From contig CBDAOY010000008.1 of the NCBI GenBank assembly GCA_965198225.1, positions 800,001 to 864,000 on the forward strand: a stretch of 64,000 nucleotides of DNA. Reading direction: 5' to 3'. This document shows positions 9,281-20,011 of this stretch, one piece after another (within the stretch, counting starts at the first letter, position 1; every line of letters starts with the position of its first letter). This DNA comes from Terriglobia bacterium. Its GTDB lineage: Bacteria > Acidobacteriota > Terriglobia > 20CM-2-55-15. Both the position numbers and the translations under genes were made by a program. Under the pieces are notes generated by a model. The model was not told the origin of the DNA. It did not search any database and saw only the letters and a list, made by a program, of their open reading frames with translations.

Positions 9281-10423
9281 CGAAATTCCCAGCCCGCTGA
9301 CCACCGACAGCATGATCGCCGCGGCCATGATGGAGCCGACTTGACCCCCGGTGTTGGCTCCCATGGCGTGCATCAGCAGGTAGTTTTTCCGGTTGTATTT
9401 CTGACCTTCGACCTGAGCGACACGCGCAGCCATCGGGAACGCCGAGATGCCGGCGGCGCCGATCAGGGGATTGACCTTACCTCCGGTCGCGAGACACATC
9501 AGCTTGCCGAACAGGACCCCCATCGCCGTGTCCAGGATGATGGCGATGAACCCGAGGGCGAAGATGCCCAGCGTCTGGATCTGTAGAAACTGTTCAGCCT
9601 GCATCGTCGCACCTATCGTCAAGCCCAACAGGAGCGTCACGATGTTTGCGATCTCGTTCGCCGAGGTCTGGGCCAGACGGTCGACGACGCCCGCTTCCTT
9701 CATCAGGTTGCCGAGCATCAACATGCCCATCAGGGGCGCTCCGACGGGCGCGATCAATGCGGTGAAGACTGTCACGACGATGGGAAAACAGATCTTGGCC
9801 CTCTTCGAGACCGACTTCTGTCCGCTGCTTCCCATCATTACCTGTTTTTCCTTCTTCGTCGTCAGGAGCCGCATCACAGGCGGCTGGATCAGGGGAACCA
9901 GCGACATGTAGGAGTAGGCGGCGACGGAGACGGATCCGAGCAGGTGGGGCGCATAAGTCGACGTGACGTAGATCGCGGTAGGGCCGTCGCAGGCCCCGAT
10001 GATCCCGATGGCAAGCGCTTCGAGTTTTGTGAAACCGATCAACAACGCCAGCAGCAAGGTCAGGAAGATCCCGAACTGCCCGGCCGCGCCGAGAAGCAGG
10101 ATTTTCGGGTTGGCCAGCAGGGGTTCAAAGTCGGTCATCGCGCCGATCCCGACGAAAATGAATATGGGAAAGAGCTCCGTGAGGATACCTGCATCATAAA
10201 GCGTCCGGAGAAACCCGTCCGGCCCCATCACCTCGGCAAGAGGGATGTTCGTCAGGATTGCGCCGAACCCGATGGGAACGAGCAGCAGCGGCTCGAATCC
10301 CCGACCGATGCCCAGGTACAGCAGACCGCAGCCGATGAGCATCATGAGGAGATGTCCGGCCGTGAAGTTGGTGAAGCCGAGAAGGAGGGTCTCCAAACCG
10401 GCACGTAGCGACTCTGTCAGCAC
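9278..10423 (-). CDS. Sodium ion-translocating decarboxylase beta subunit (OadB/MmdB/GcdB family)
   Basis: FEPLLLVPIGFG, GAMTDF, GAAGQFG, IGIIGACDGPT, AAYSYMSLVP and AFPMAARV motifs. Confidence 0.95.
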   Translation of the reverse strand: MLTESLRAGLETLLLGFTNFTAGHLLMMLIGCGLLYLGIGRGFEPLLLVPIGFGAILTNIPLAEVMGPDGFLRTLYDAGILTELFPIFIFVGIGAMTDFEPLLANPKILLLGAAGQFGIFLTLLLALLIGFTKLEALAIGIIGACDGPTAIYVTSTYAPHLLGSVSVAAYSYMSLVPLIQPPVMRLLTTKKEKQVMMGSSGQKSVSKRAKICFPIVVTVFTALIAPVGAPLMGMLMLGNLMKEAGVVDRLAQTSANEIANIVTLLLGLTIGATMQAEQFLQIQTLGIFALGFIAIILDTAMGVLFGKLMCLATGGKVNPLIGAAGISAFPMAARVAQVEGQKYNRKNYLLMHAMGANTGGQVGSIMAAAIMLSVVSGLGIS

Positions 10424-10439
10424 GTTGTTTCGGTCCCGC

Positions 10440-10583
10440 CTATTTCGTCTGTTGGTTGTCTTTGGTTTCCACGGGGAAGGCCTTCTTCAGGGCCGATATG
10501 AGCAGGCTCAGAATCCACAGGCTGAGCAGCGTGCCACCCATCCCGATCACGGTCATGGTTATGCCGAATGTCAGGTTGTCCAT
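10440..10583 (-). CDS. Decarboxylase gamma/delta membrane anchor subunit (OadG/MmdD-like), absent from the ORF track
   Basis: 47 aa, MDNLTFGITMTVIGMGGTLLSLWILSLLISALKKAFPVETKDNQQTK. Single TM with a G..T..GM pattern, located between the biotin carrier and the beta subunit. Confidence 0.8.
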   Translation of the reverse strand: MDNLTFGITMTVIGMGGTLLSLWILSLLISALKKAFPVETKDNQQTK

Positions 10584-10595
10584 GGGGTAGAAGAA

Positions 10596-10747
10596 GTAGG
10601 CCGTAGGCCGTTATCCGTTGTCCGTTCAGTGCCCGACAAGGTTTCCTCAGTCCGACAGCCGTTCAAGCCTGAGGTATGCGAACTGTCATTGCTGGCGGAT
10701 GTCAACGGTCATGCTCCCCTAACGGCCTACGGACAACGGCCTACGGA
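10596..10747. repeat. Second inverted heptamer-repeat element (GTAGGCC/GGCCTAC)
   Basis: GTAGGCCGTAGGCCGTTATCCGTTGTCCG...CTAACGGCCTACGGACAACGGCCTACGGA. Confidence 0.7.
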
Positions 10748-10763
10748 TTGGGAGCATCGGCCT

Positions 10764-10979
10764 TCAGCCGATGCTCCCAATCACCTCATCCGCCTCCACC
10801 ATCTGGCCCGCCGAAACCTTGATCTCTTCGATGGTGCCCGATTCCGGGGCGACGACCGGGATCTCCATCTTCATCGCTTCCATCACGATGACGGTGTCGT
10901 CTTCTTCGACCTGGTCGCCGACGCTGGCCTGAATCTCGAGTATCTTGCCCACCATCGGTGCTGTGATTGGAATTGCCAT
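10764..10979 (-). CDS. Stand-alone biotin carboxyl carrier protein
   Basis: 71 aa from MAIPITAPMVG, with an EAMKM biotinylation motif. Confidence 0.93.
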   Translation of the reverse strand: MAIPITAPMVGKILEIQASVGDQVEEDDTVIVMEAMKMEIPVVAPESGTIEEIKVSAGQMVEADEVIGSIG

Positions 10980-10986
10980 GAATCCC

Positions 10987-12540
10987 TCAAACCGGCATGA
11001 CGCCGTGTTTCTTTTCGGGTCTGGATTCGACCTTGTTCGTGAGCATCTCCAGCGACTGGATGAGGCGGATGCGCGTATCCTCGGCCGCGATCGCTGCATG
11101 CGCGTAGCTTTTCTTGACTGCGTCGAACGGGCCGCTGAACCGCTCATTGAATTCCTCGAGCTTCTCCCGTCGGACCTTTTCCGGCTCGTCGGACTCTTCG
11201 ATCTCCCGTTTGTACAGGACGCCGACGGCCCCGGCGCCCCCCATCACGGCCAACTCGACGCCCGGCCAGACGAACACCTGGTCCGCACCCATTTCCCGGG
11301 TACACATGGCCTGCTTCGCCCCGCCGTACCCCTTCCGCAGGTAGACGGTGATCTTCGGCACGGTCGATTCCGCATAGGCATAGAGCATCTTGGCACCGTG
11401 CCGAATGATTCCCAGCTGTTCCTGCTTCGTACCGGGCAGGTATCCGGGCACATCGACGAGCGTAATGATCGGAATATTGAAGGCGTCGCAAAGTCGAATG
11501 AAGCGAGACGCCTTGTCGGAACAGTCGACGTCGAGGCTTCCCGCGAGGAACATCGGCTGGTTTGCGATGAACCCGACCGAGCGTCCGTCGAGCCTCGCGA
11601 CGCCGGTGACGATGTTCCGGGCCCATTTCGCTTTCACTTCTGTGAAACGCGAACCGTCGGCGAGCTTCTTGATGACCTTGCGGATGTCATAGGGCTTCCG
11701 CGCCACCTCGGGAACGAGCGAGTTCATGTCGGCGATCCGGCGCAGGGGGTCGTCGTTGGACTCCACTCTGACCGGCACCTGCCCGTTGTTGGGCGGAAAG
11801 TAGTCGAGAAGGGTCTTGATCGTCTCGATGCACTCTTCGTCGTCCGAAGCGACCAGGTCCGCTACACCGGAGACCTGGGAGTGGATCTTCGAACCTCCGA
11901 GTTGTTCCATGCTGACTTCCTCTCCGGTCACCTCCTTGATGACCGAAGGTCCCGTGATGAACATCTGGCTGGATCCCTTCACCATGACGATCAGGTCCGT
12001 CAGAGCCGGAGAGTACGCAGCGACGCCGATGCAGGGACCCATGATGGCTGAGATCTGGGGCACGACGCCGGAGGTTATGGTGTTCTCGTAGAACATCTTT
12101 CCGATTGAACGCGTAACATCGAGACCTTCTTGAATCCTCGCGCCGGCAGAGTCATACAGGCCGACGACGGGCACGCCCACCTTCCTTGCTGTCGCGATGG
12201 TGTAGGCGATCTTTTCGGCGTGGACACTTCCCACCGTTCCGGCAAAACTCGTGAAATCCTGCGCGAACAGATAAGTCAGCCGGCCGTTGACCTTGCCGAA
12301 GCCGGTGATCACACCATCACCGGGCTTCTTCCGTTCGGCCATCCCGAAATCGGTGGCCGGACTTTCTGCCAGGAGGAACTCTTCGACGAAGGTGCCGTCG
12401 TCGAAGAGTTGCGCGATCCGTTCCCTGGCAGTCAGCTTGCCCTGCTCGTGCTGGCGCTGGACGCTCTTTTCGTTTCCGCGAACTGTCTGCGCTTCCAGCG
12501 CATCGAGTTTGGCCTTCAGTTCATCGCGTGGCTTCGACAT
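10987..12540 (-). CDS. Acyl-CoA carboxyltransferase (MmdA/PccB-like)
   Basis: GKLTARERI, SAGARIQEG, DVPGYLPG and GIIRHGAK motifs. Start taken at MSKPR. Confidence 0.93.
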   Translation of the reverse strand: MSKPRDELKAKLDALEAQTVRGNEKSVQRQHEQGKLTARERIAQLFDDGTFVEEFLLAESPATDFGMAERKKPGDGVITGFGKVNGRLTYLFAQDFTSFAGTVGSVHAEKIAYTIATARKVGVPVVGLYDSAGARIQEGLDVTRSIGKMFYENTITSGVVPQISAIMGPCIGVAAYSPALTDLIVMVKGSSQMFITGPSVIKEVTGEEVSMEQLGGSKIHSQVSGVADLVASDDEECIETIKTLLDYFPPNNGQVPVRVESNDDPLRRIADMNSLVPEVARKPYDIRKVIKKLADGSRFTEVKAKWARNIVTGVARLDGRSVGFIANQPMFLAGSLDVDCSDKASRFIRLCDAFNIPIITLVDVPGYLPGTKQEQLGIIRHGAKMLYAYAESTVPKITVYLRKGYGGAKQAMCTREMGADQVFVWPGVELAVMGGAGAVGVLYKREIEESDEPEKVRREKLEEFNERFSGPFDAVKKSYAHAAIAAEDTRIRLIQSLEMLTNKVESRPEKKHGVMPV

Positions 12541-12598
12541 GAGCCAACAAAGGTAAAACGTAGGTGGTGTGCGGGGCAAGCCTCTGTTTCAGAAACGG

Positions 12599-12775
12599 AC
12601 TCCCCTCCTCGGATCAGGAGGGGTGGCGCGAAGCGCCAGGGTGGTGTCGACCGGGAAGAAAACCACCCCGTTGGCGCCCTTGGCGCATCCACCCGGGCAA
12701 TCGAACCACCCCGTCTGCGCCTTCGGCGCATCCACGCCTCCTTATCTATCCAAGGAGGGGAGTCGGGGGGGGATT
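12599..12775. repeat. REP-like family B composite (inverted pair)
   Basis: CTCCCCTCCTCGGATCAGGAGGGGTGGCGCGAAGCGCC...GCGCCTTCGGCGC...CCTCCTTATCTATCCAAGGAGGGGAG. Confidence 0.8.
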
Positions 12776-12776
12776 A

Positions 12777-13640
12777 CTAATCGGTGGAATAGGCGACTTC
12801 CGCTCGCCTCATCTTGAAGGCGGCGGCGGTCAGGACCAGCAGAGTCATCACGAAGAGACCGGGAACCGAGATCCAGGGGGAGGTGGGCTCGGTGATGACG
12901 GCCAGCGGGCCGAACGGCAACGGGACGGGGCAGATCGACTGCAGGTAGTGGATCACGCTGATCTTCTGCAGCGCGGCCGGCAGGAAGATGTTCCCCGATT
13001 CCCATCCGAGCGTCAGGACCGCCGGAATGATCGGGTTGCGGAAGAGGATTCCCATCAGCAGGAACACGGCGCCGTAACCGGCACAGGCCAGGAACGCCAC
13101 CCCCGCATAGGTCAGGGCATGTTCGATCCCGGGTCCGTTGACGAAATGCGCTTCCATCGCGCGGGGCCCGGAGGCCATGAACATCAGGACGTAGCTGGCG
13201 AGGGCGCTCGCGACGAACAGGACGGACACGTTGAGCAGGCCGCGCAGGTACTTCCCGGTCATGATGACCTCACGTCGGACGGGTGCCAGCAAGTAGTAAT
13301 GCAGCGTCTTCTCGAGCACTTCGCCCCGGAAGAGTTGGGTGAACACGCTGACGCAGCCGAAGAAAATGGCCAGCCGGAGGATATAGGATTGGAAGATGGC
13401 GGCGAAGACCATGCTCAATTCGCCGACGTCTTCGTCCCCCGACTCGGCGCCGGCCACGACAGCGATGAGCAGCAGGAACACCGGACCCCCAGCGAGCAGG
13501 AATGCTGCGATCCACCGCCGTCCCGCGAAACTTTTCCGCGCCTCGAACCGCGCGACCGCCAGGGTCTGCCGGGTCCAGAGGTTCCAGGGGAGCGCTTTGA
13601 GCCGGTCGAGGTAGGCGTTTGCTGTTTCGGTTGAACTCAC
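12777..13640 (-). CDS. ABC-2 type transporter permease
   Basis: Multiple TM segments, [20 protein letters not shown] motif. Operon with two ATPases. Confidence 0.85.
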   Translation of the reverse strand: MSSTETANAYLDRLKALPWNLWTRQTLAVARFEARKSFAGRRWIAAFLLAGGPVFLLLIAVVAGAESGDEDVGELSMVFAAIFQSYILRLAIFFGCVSVFTQLFRGEVLEKTLHYYLLAPVRREVIMTGKYLRGLLNVSVLFVASALASYVLMFMASGPRAMEAHFVNGPGIEHALTYAGVAFLACAGYGAVFLLMGILFRNPIIPAVLTLGWESGNIFLPAALQKISVIHYLQSICPVPLPFGPLAVITEPTSPWISVPGLFVMTLLVLTAAAFKMRRAEVAYSTD

Positions 13641-14590
13641 GTCTGCGCTCCGTTGGTTCCCACGAGATAGTTGTAGACCGAATGAACGTCCTCGTCGGTC
13701 GGCGTCACCCCTTCGACGTTCAGCTCATCCTCGAGGACGACACGATTCAGGAGCAGGTAGAAGTCGTCCACGTTGCGGGTCCTGACGACGACGCCCCGGC
13801 CGTCGTCACTGATCCTGGCCTCGACGACATGATCGTCGTCGAAGACCTTTGCGGCGATGACGGCGGGTCGGTCACAACGTACGAGGATGCTGATCGGATG
13901 TTCGTCCATCTCGTGCCGGACGCCCTGGATCTCCCCTTCGGCGACGACATAGCCGTGGCTCATCATCACGATCTGGTCGGAGATCATGTCCACTTCGTGC
14001 AGGATGTGGCTGGATACGATTACGTGCAGATCCCGGGCGGCAAGGTCCTGGAACAGCGCGGTAAACTCCGCGCGGGCCATCGGATCCAGACCGTTCAGGG
14101 GCTCATCCAGGATAAGGACGGAAGGGTGGTGCGCGATGCCGGTCGCGAGCTTGATCCGCTGCCGCATCCCCTTGCTGTAAGAGGCGACGCGTCGATGAGC
14201 TGCATCGGTCAGGCCGACCTGCTCGATCGCGTCCCATGCCATGTCCTTGGTCTCCTGCGCTCCGCGACCGTGGAGCAGCAGCAGAGAATGGACAAGATCG
14301 AATCCGGTCAGTCCCTTCGGGAACGAATCGAACTGGGTACAGTAGCCGATCAGCCTGTAGAAACTCTCGGGCCCCGAAGGCGTCTGGCCGTGAACGCTGA
14401 CGGATCCCTGCGTGGGTTGCAGCAACCCCGACACGAGATTCATCAAGGTCGTCTTGCCGGAGCCGTTCGGACCGACGAGGCTCGTGATCCCGGGCTTGAT
14501 GGTCAGGTTGATCTTGTTGACGCCGAGGACTTCGCCGTAGAACTTCGAGACGTTCGAGAAGACGATCTCCCGGCCCAATTCGGTACTCAT
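13637..14590 (-). CDS. ABC transporter ATP-binding protein
   Basis: [16 protein letters not shown] and LILDEP motifs. Confidence 0.95.
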   Translation of the reverse strand: MSTELGREIVFSNVSKFYGEVLGVNKINLTIKPGITSLVGPNGSGKTTLMNLVSGLLQPTQGSVSVHGQTPSGPESFYRLIGYCTQFDSFPKGLTGFDLVHSLLLLHGRGAQETKDMAWDAIEQVGLTDAAHRRVASYSKGMRQRIKLATGIAHHPSVLILDEPLNGLDPMARAEFTALFQDLAARDLHVIVSSHILHEVDMISDQIVMMSHGYVVAEGEIQGVRHEMDEHPISILVRCDRPAVIAAKVFDDDHVVEARISDDGRGVVVRTRNVDDFYLLLNRVVLEDELNVEGVTPTDEDVHSVYNYLVGTNGAQT

Positions 14591-15456
14591 CGCACGACCT
14601 CATACGCGCGCACCTTGCGTGAGAGCAGGAACAGGCTCACCGCCCACGCGATCGCCAGAGAAAGCCAGGCGCTCCACAACGGGAGCGGATAGTCCCGCGC
14701 GGCGACGACGCCCACAAACAGCCAGTGCCAGATCGCGTTCATGACCACGGGCAGCATCATCATCATGCCCCAGTCGGTGCGGAGAATCTCGTTGAACGCG
14801 CCGCCGAAGCCGGCCGCGACGAAGAAGACGCCGAACATCATGCCTGCCGCCACCGGTCTCCATCGCACCCAGGCCGACAGCGCCAGCGCGAGGAGCGAGA
14901 TCGTCAGGATCCAGACCCAGGCTCCGGTGACGATCGCTCCGGCGACCCGGAGGTTCGCGAAGAACCACGCCGAGCCTTCGAGGCTGGACTGCATCAGGAA
15001 CAGAATCATTCCGGGCACCCAGGTGATCAGCGAAAGCAGGAGGCCCAGGACCGCGAACTTCCCGAAGACGTACTCGCTTCGTGAGAACGGCCGGCTCAGG
15101 TAGAGGGGCAGCGCTCCGTTCGTGAGGTCGGGAGAAACCAGACTCGGGCCGACGTTGGCGGCCATGAAGAATGCCAGTGTGGACTGGATGCCCATGAGAA
15201 CGGCGAAGAACTCGGCGTTGATGGAGAGGATCTCCTCCACAGGGAGCTGGAACGCATTCAGGACGTCCAGGTTGTGCCGCAGGTAGATGATGAAGCCGCC
15301 GACCAGCATGGGGACATAGCAGAGGACGAAGTAGATGAGGGTCAGCCGCGAGGCAAACACCTGCCCGAACGCGTATCGGGTGAGCACCCAGAAACGCCAT
15401 TTCGGTTGCGTCAGCGTGCCTTCGTATTCTTTGTATGTCTGCTTATAGACGGCCAT
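14587..15456 (-). CDS. ABC-2 type transporter permease
   Basis: About 6 TM segments, [14 protein letters not shown] motif. Confidence 0.85.
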   Translation of the reverse strand: MAVYKQTYKEYEGTLTQPKWRFWVLTRYAFGQVFASRLTLIYFVLCYVPMLVGGFIIYLRHNLDVLNAFQLPVEEILSINAEFFAVLMGIQSTLAFFMAANVGPSLVSPDLTNGALPLYLSRPFSRSEYVFGKFAVLGLLLSLITWVPGMILFLMQSSLEGSAWFFANLRVAGAIVTGAWVWILTISLLALALSAWVRWRPVAAGMMFGVFFVAAGFGGAFNEILRTDWGMMMMLPVVMNAIWHWLFVGVVAARDYPLPLWSAWLSLAIAWAVSLFLLSRKVRAYEVVR

Positions 15457-16375
15457 TCGGTATGTCCATCGCTTTCAGGAAGATGTCCTGCAGGGAGTCT
15501 CGTTTATAGTCAAGCTTGCGGATCTGGACGCCCGTGTCGGCCGCCATCCGGTAGAGGTCGCGAACCTCGACTTCCTGAGGCAGGATCATCTTGACCTTGC
15601 GCGTGCCGTTGACGGCCAGCTCGCAGCCCCGGCCTTCGGCGAGCCGGAGGAACGCAGCCGTGTTGCCCTTTGTTTCCACGTTCAGGAACTTCCTGTTGCT
15701 TCGCCGTTCTTCCTCGAGGTTGCAGTAAGTGACGATCTCTCCTTCCTTGAGGATCAGGACCTCGTCGCAGCACTCTTCAACGTCGCGTAACAGATGAGAA
15801 GACAAGAGTAATTGGGTGTGTCCGCTGTCGCGGATGTTCCGTATGATCTCGAGCATCCGGGCCCTGGCATTGGCGTCGAGGCCGTTTGTCGGCTCGTCCA
15901 GAATCAGCATCCGCGGACCGTGCACGGTCGCCACGGCCAATTTGGCCATCTGCTTCATGCCGAGTGAATAGGTGCCGACGGGCCGGTAGCGCGCCTCGCC
16001 CAGGCCGAGGAAGAACAACGTTTCATGTGCGCGTTCGAGAGCTTCGTTCTTGGGCAAACCGGACAGTTCTCCCATCAGCCGAACGAGGCGGATGGCGCTC
16101 ATACCGGCGATGAACGCGTCGTTTTCCGGCATGTAGCCGATGTGGTGACGGACCTGGCGGACGTCGGTGCGGATGTCCATGCCGAGTATCCGGGCCGTGC
16201 CGCCGGAGGGCTCGTGGAACCCGAGCAGCGTCTGCATCAACGTGCTCTTGCCGGCACCGTTCGGGCCGAGCAGTCCGATCGCGCGTCCCGACATGGCCGC
16301 CTGGAGTTCCTTCAGGATCGGTCGTCCGCCGAAGGTCACCGACAAGCGGTCGAGTTCGATGTTTGGCGTTGCCAT
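15443..16375 (-). CDS. ABC transporter ATP-binding protein
   Basis: [15 protein letters not shown] and LILDEP motifs. Start moved to MATPN because the upstream extension translates a REP palindrome. Confidence 0.93.
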   Translation of the reverse strand: MATPNIELDRLSVTFGGRPILKELQAAMSGRAIGLLGPNGAGKSTLMQTLLGFHEPSGGTARILGMDIRTDVRQVRHHIGYMPENDAFIAGMSAIRLVRLMGELSGLPKNEALERAHETLFFLGLGEARYRPVGTYSLGMKQMAKLAVATVHGPRMLILDEPTNGLDANARARMLEIIRNIRDSGHTQLLLSSHLLRDVEECCDEVLILKEGEIVTYCNLEEERRSNRKFLNVETKGNTAAFLRLAEGRGCELAVNGTRKVKMILPQEVEVRDLYRMAADTGVQIRKLDYKRDSLQDIFLKAMDIPNGRL

Positions 16376-16494
16376 CGGTAGCTTCGTCTCGCGGGGACGG
16401 TCATAGACCGCCCCCTCTTCTGTCAACCGTGCTTCTTCAGTCTCTAACATCATGCACTCACTGACAACCGACTACTGTCAACCGGCAATTTGGA

Positions 16495-19122
16495 TTACTG
16501 TTCGCTCCCCTGAACCTGCCGCAAAGTCTCCAGCAAACCGGTGAAGCCGCCCAGGGTGACCAGGTTGAATGCCAGTTCGCCCTGATTCGATGCTACGATC
16601 CGATCGTCTTCGGCCGCGACACACACCAGCGTCGGCGGTGTGTTCTCCACGGTTTCGCGGATGGCGGCGAGCTGGTCGTCGTCGAGCACATCGTCCGGCA
16701 ACGGGACATACTCGGCGACGCTCGAGATCATCGGCGTCATGTTCTGGTACAGGATGGCCGAGCAGTAGTTGGCGCCCCCTGCGGGCAGCAGGCTCTGGAA
16801 CCCGGCGGAGCTCCCCAGCGTGTAGCGGCTCTGGTTGTACTGCAGCGCCTGCGTCACGAGGGCGCGACTGCCCGCCACGATCATGTAACCGCCCGAGTAG
16901 GTGTAGTGGATCTCTGCGCCGTTCTCGAGCGCCGTAACGGTGTGGTAGATCTGTCCGCCGACCGATTCGGCGGTGATCGTCACGCCCTGCTTGCCTTCCG
17001 TTGCAGCAACCCGGCTCAGCTCGGCTCCGAGCCGCTCAATCGTGTTCTGCAATCGCGCCGAGTCGTAGACCTCGATTACGATCTTCCAGGACGGCGTCGG
17101 GAGCATCGGACCGTCGATCGTCATCGCGAACTCGCCACCGAGCGGGGATGCGAGGTCGTACTGGATGTCGATCCCGTGTTCCTGCTGGAAGGTGATGATC
17201 TCGTTCCACGCCTCAGGGTCTATCGAGGAAACCGTGTCGAACAGCTCTCCGATGATCGACGCAGGATCCTTGGTCAGCCCCGCGGCGACTCCGAAGGTGT
17301 CCGGGGAGATGAAATCCAGTCCCCCCATCGGTGCAGCCTGCCCGATCCAGGACGCGACTCCGGTTCTCGACTGGTCGAAGCTCATGATCGCGCGGGTGGC
17401 GCTGCTCGCGCCGAGGACCTTGTAGTCCACGACGAGGTCGTTCAGGTCGTTGAGGCCGATTCCCCGGGGCACGTCGTCGATCTCTCCGCTGAGGAGTTGA
17501 TCGAAGTCGACGGCGAATAACCAGTCGGTGCCGTCGGCGTACGCCGCAGCGAGCGAGCCGTAGAACTCCGTGCCGGAAAAAGAACCATCCGGGTTGACGG
17601 CCGCGATGACGGCGGCTGGAGACGGCGAGAAGGCGAGCAGCCCGCCTTCCACATAGGCGATCGCCTCGGCGGTTCCGGCGTGCGCACCAAGATCAGCGGC
17701 GGCGGTCACGATCCGGAGACCGTCCGGTTCGAGCGACGCGGCCAGCGCCGCGCGCAGCAAGATCACGACCTGTTCGGCGTCGGTGATCTCGGCCAGCAGG
17801 ACGGGCTCCGGGTTATTGTTGCCGCCTGCCATGGCCACGACCACTTCGCTCCCGACGAGACTCGACAGCGCCCGAACCTGTTCGATCATCTGTTCGATCG
17901 ACAGATGCCCGGACTCGGCGGCCTCCTGTGCAGATTCATTCCACCATTGCTGGATCACCGGATTCTCGTCGATCCGGCTGCGGAAGACGTCGTACGCACC
18001 CGTCAGCGTGCGTGCAACGTTCGGGAAGGAGGCGTACATCACCGTGTCGCCGGGCACACGTCCCAGCAAGGTCGACGAGTAGCGGAGCCCCTGAGAGGCG
18101 ATTGCATCTCTCAATTCGTCGCGGGCGCTGGAGAACTCTCGCAGCAGGGCAATGTGGAGAGCCACCTCCTGGCTCCAGGCAATCTCCTGCTCGATAGGCA
18201 CTTCAGTCAGGGTCTGGCTCGAGTTGAACTGCTCGCCCGGGAACAGTGCCGTAGCCGTCGCCCCGTGCTCGACGTTGACTTCGCCTTCTATTACTGAAAC
18301 CCGGGCCCCCTTTGTTCCTTCACTGACGGCAAACACCGTGCCGACGACCGAGACGTCCACGTCATCGGTCGAGACGTAGAGATGCCCGTCACGTTGTTCC
18401 GCAGCGCGGACGATAACGCTTCCACGGTCCAGTTGGATGCGGACGCCGTCGCTGGCAGCCGCCAACGTCATCTGCGATCGTTCCCGCATCTCGATCCGAG
18501 TGCCATCGGCGAGTTCGACGATCGCTCCCGAGTCGGTAGCGGTACGGACGGGTTCTCCTGCAGTGATCTCCGCTCCGGCCGAAATCGGCGTCAATTCCTG
18601 ACCGGCCAGGAGGAACAGCTGTCCGCGGACAGTCTGGGCGGACGCGTGAACCTCGACGGGGAACAGCATCATGCGGACCAGATCGGCCTGCTGGATCCCG
18701 ACGGCGAGCATGAGTGCCGCGGCCACACCGATGGCCGCCCACTGCCAGGTGAGCAATCCGCCTCGGCTCTCTCTTCGAGCGCCGGAGGTGCTCGGCGCCG
18801 AAGAACGTGCCGCCGTCAACGCCTTCCGGCAAACGACGCACTCGTGGCTGTGGTCTTCCAGCAGCAGTGTTCTTGCCCGGCTCAACTGCCCCGCCAGATA
18901 GGCGGGGATCAACGACTGGTAATCGGCACATCCTCGGATCGCTTCGGTTTCCGAACCTGCAAGGACCGGCTCGGGCCGGGATTGTTCAACCGCTTCTTCG
19001 GATATGCGTGCCCAAACGCGGGCAGCCGCCGCTTCGATGTCGGCGGGATCGGGACGAAGTTTCCGAACTTCGTCGACCGCACTTTTGAGCGCATGGGCGG
19101 GCTTCTGACGTTTGGACTTCAT
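16495..19122 (-). CDS. Zinc-finger anti-sigma factor with TM, FecR-like domain and large extracytoplasmic C-terminal domain
   Basis: HSHECVVC (ZAS HxxxCxxC) motif, one TM helix, FecR-like VSVVGTVFAV...VSVIEGEV. Overlaps the sigma gene stop. Confidence 0.82.
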   Translation of the reverse strand: MKSKRQKPAHALKSAVDEVRKLRPDPADIEAAAARVWARISEEAVEQSRPEPVLAGSETEAIRGCADYQSLIPAYLAGQLSRARTLLLEDHSHECVVCRKALTAARSSAPSTSGARRESRGGLLTWQWAAIGVAAALMLAVGIQQADLVRMMLFPVEVHASAQTVRGQLFLLAGQELTPISAGAEITAGEPVRTATDSGAIVELADGTRIEMRERSQMTLAAASDGVRIQLDRGSVIVRAAEQRDGHLYVSTDDVDVSVVGTVFAVSEGTKGARVSVIEGEVNVEHGATATALFPGEQFNSSQTLTEVPIEQEIAWSQEVALHIALLREFSSARDELRDAIASQGLRYSSTLLGRVPGDTVMYASFPNVARTLTGAYDVFRSRIDENPVIQQWWNESAQEAAESGHLSIEQMIEQVRALSSLVGSEVVVAMAGGNNNPEPVLLAEITDAEQVVILLRAALAASLEPDGLRIVTAAADLGAHAGTAEAIAYVEGGLLAFSPSPAAVIAAVNPDGSFSGTEFYGSLAAAYADGTDWLFAVDFDQLLSGEIDDVPRGIGLNDLNDLVVDYKVLGASSATRAIMSFDQSRTGVASWIGQAAPMGGLDFISPDTFGVAAGLTKDPASIIGELFDTVSSIDPEAWNEIITFQQEHGIDIQYDLASPLGGEFAMTIDGPMLPTPSWKIVIEVYDSARLQNTIERLGAELSRVAATEGKQGVTITAESVGGQIYHTVTALENGAEIHYTYSGGYMIVAGSRALVTQALQYNQSRYTLGSSAGFQSLLPAGGANYCSAILYQNMTPMISSVAEYVPLPDDVLDDDQLAAIRETVENTPPTLVCVAAEDDRIVASNQGELAFNLVTLGGFTGLLETLRQVQGSEQ

Positions 19123-19670
19123 GACTGACCTCCTACGAACGAGCGGAGCGATTTTCGGAGACTACTCCGCGCGCGAAACAGGGTGACCGCGATAGAGCCG
19201 GTCGAGGTGCCGAGCATTCCGGCGATGTCTCCATTGCTGTAGCCCTCGATGTGCCGCAGCACGAAAACTTCGGCGGCCCTCGGGTTCAAGTTCGAAAGAG
19301 CGCCGCGAAGTTTTTCGCCCAGTTCCGTACTCTTGTGCTGCCGGTACGGATCCGGCCAGGACTCTTTGATCCAGGGCTCCATCTCCGTGATCGAGACGCT
19401 GCGGTTCCGCTTCCGAACGAGATCGAGCGAAACGTTCACCGCGGCGCGGCGCAGGTACGGAGGCCAACCGCTTTTCAGATCCGGCGACGATTCCCTTCGG
19501 GCGAGCCGCAAAAAAAGCGTCTGCAGCACGTCCTCAGCATCGTTACCGTTGCCGGTGACCCGGTAGGCAGTCCGATAGACCAGGTCGTAATGGTCCATGA
19601 ACACCTTCTCGAGGTCTTTGGACACCGGCTTCTGTTGTTGTTCGGGTTTCACACCAACTGATACGGTCAT
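19119..19670 (-). CDS. ECF RNA polymerase sigma factor
   Basis: DAEDVLQTLF region 2 and region 4 HTH (GYSNGDIAGMLG). GGAG precedes MTVSV. Confidence 0.92.
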   Translation of the reverse strand: MTVSVGVKPEQQQKPVSKDLEKVFMDHYDLVYRTAYRVTGNGNDAEDVLQTLFLRLARRESSPDLKSGWPPYLRRAAVNVSLDLVRKRNRSVSITEMEPWIKESWPDPYRQHKSTELGEKLRGALSNLNPRAAEVFVLRHIEGYSNGDIAGMLGTSTGSIAVTLFRARSSLRKSLRSFVGGQS

Positions 19671-19742
19671 TTTCTCGTCTCCACACCATCTAACGACCTT
19701 GGTGTTCAACGATTAACAAGAAAATGCGCCATCTCCGGCCTA

Positions 19743-20011
19743 GTGGCCTGTAACAGTGCTATCGGTACCATCGCCGATGGGTCTTGCGGGCGAGGTCGAG
19801 GAGGGAGACGGAAAGCGATGCTCTTTCATCGGTGACGGCTTCCGACAAAGAGATCGCCCGCAACCCCCATCGGCCCGAAGGGTTCGGCGGAACGGCGCCG
19901 TCTTCGGTGTCGTAACGCCCTCGCAATGAAACAGCATTGGCTCGGGCGTCACTCCTAGAATCCGACGCCGTTCCGCCGAACGCTGGTACCGATAGCACTG
20001 TTACAGGTCAC
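19743..20011. mobile_element. 269-bp MITE (family A), divergent copy
   Basis: GTGGCCTGTAACAGTGCTATCGG...CCGATAGCACTGTTACAGGTCAC, with TA flanks in CTAG. Same length as the copy at 3254. Confidence 0.88.

Noticed and set aside
16376-16453. N-terminal extension of the ABC ATPase ([11 protein letters not shown])
   Set aside because: It translates a degenerate REP palindrome; the start at 16375 is more plausible.
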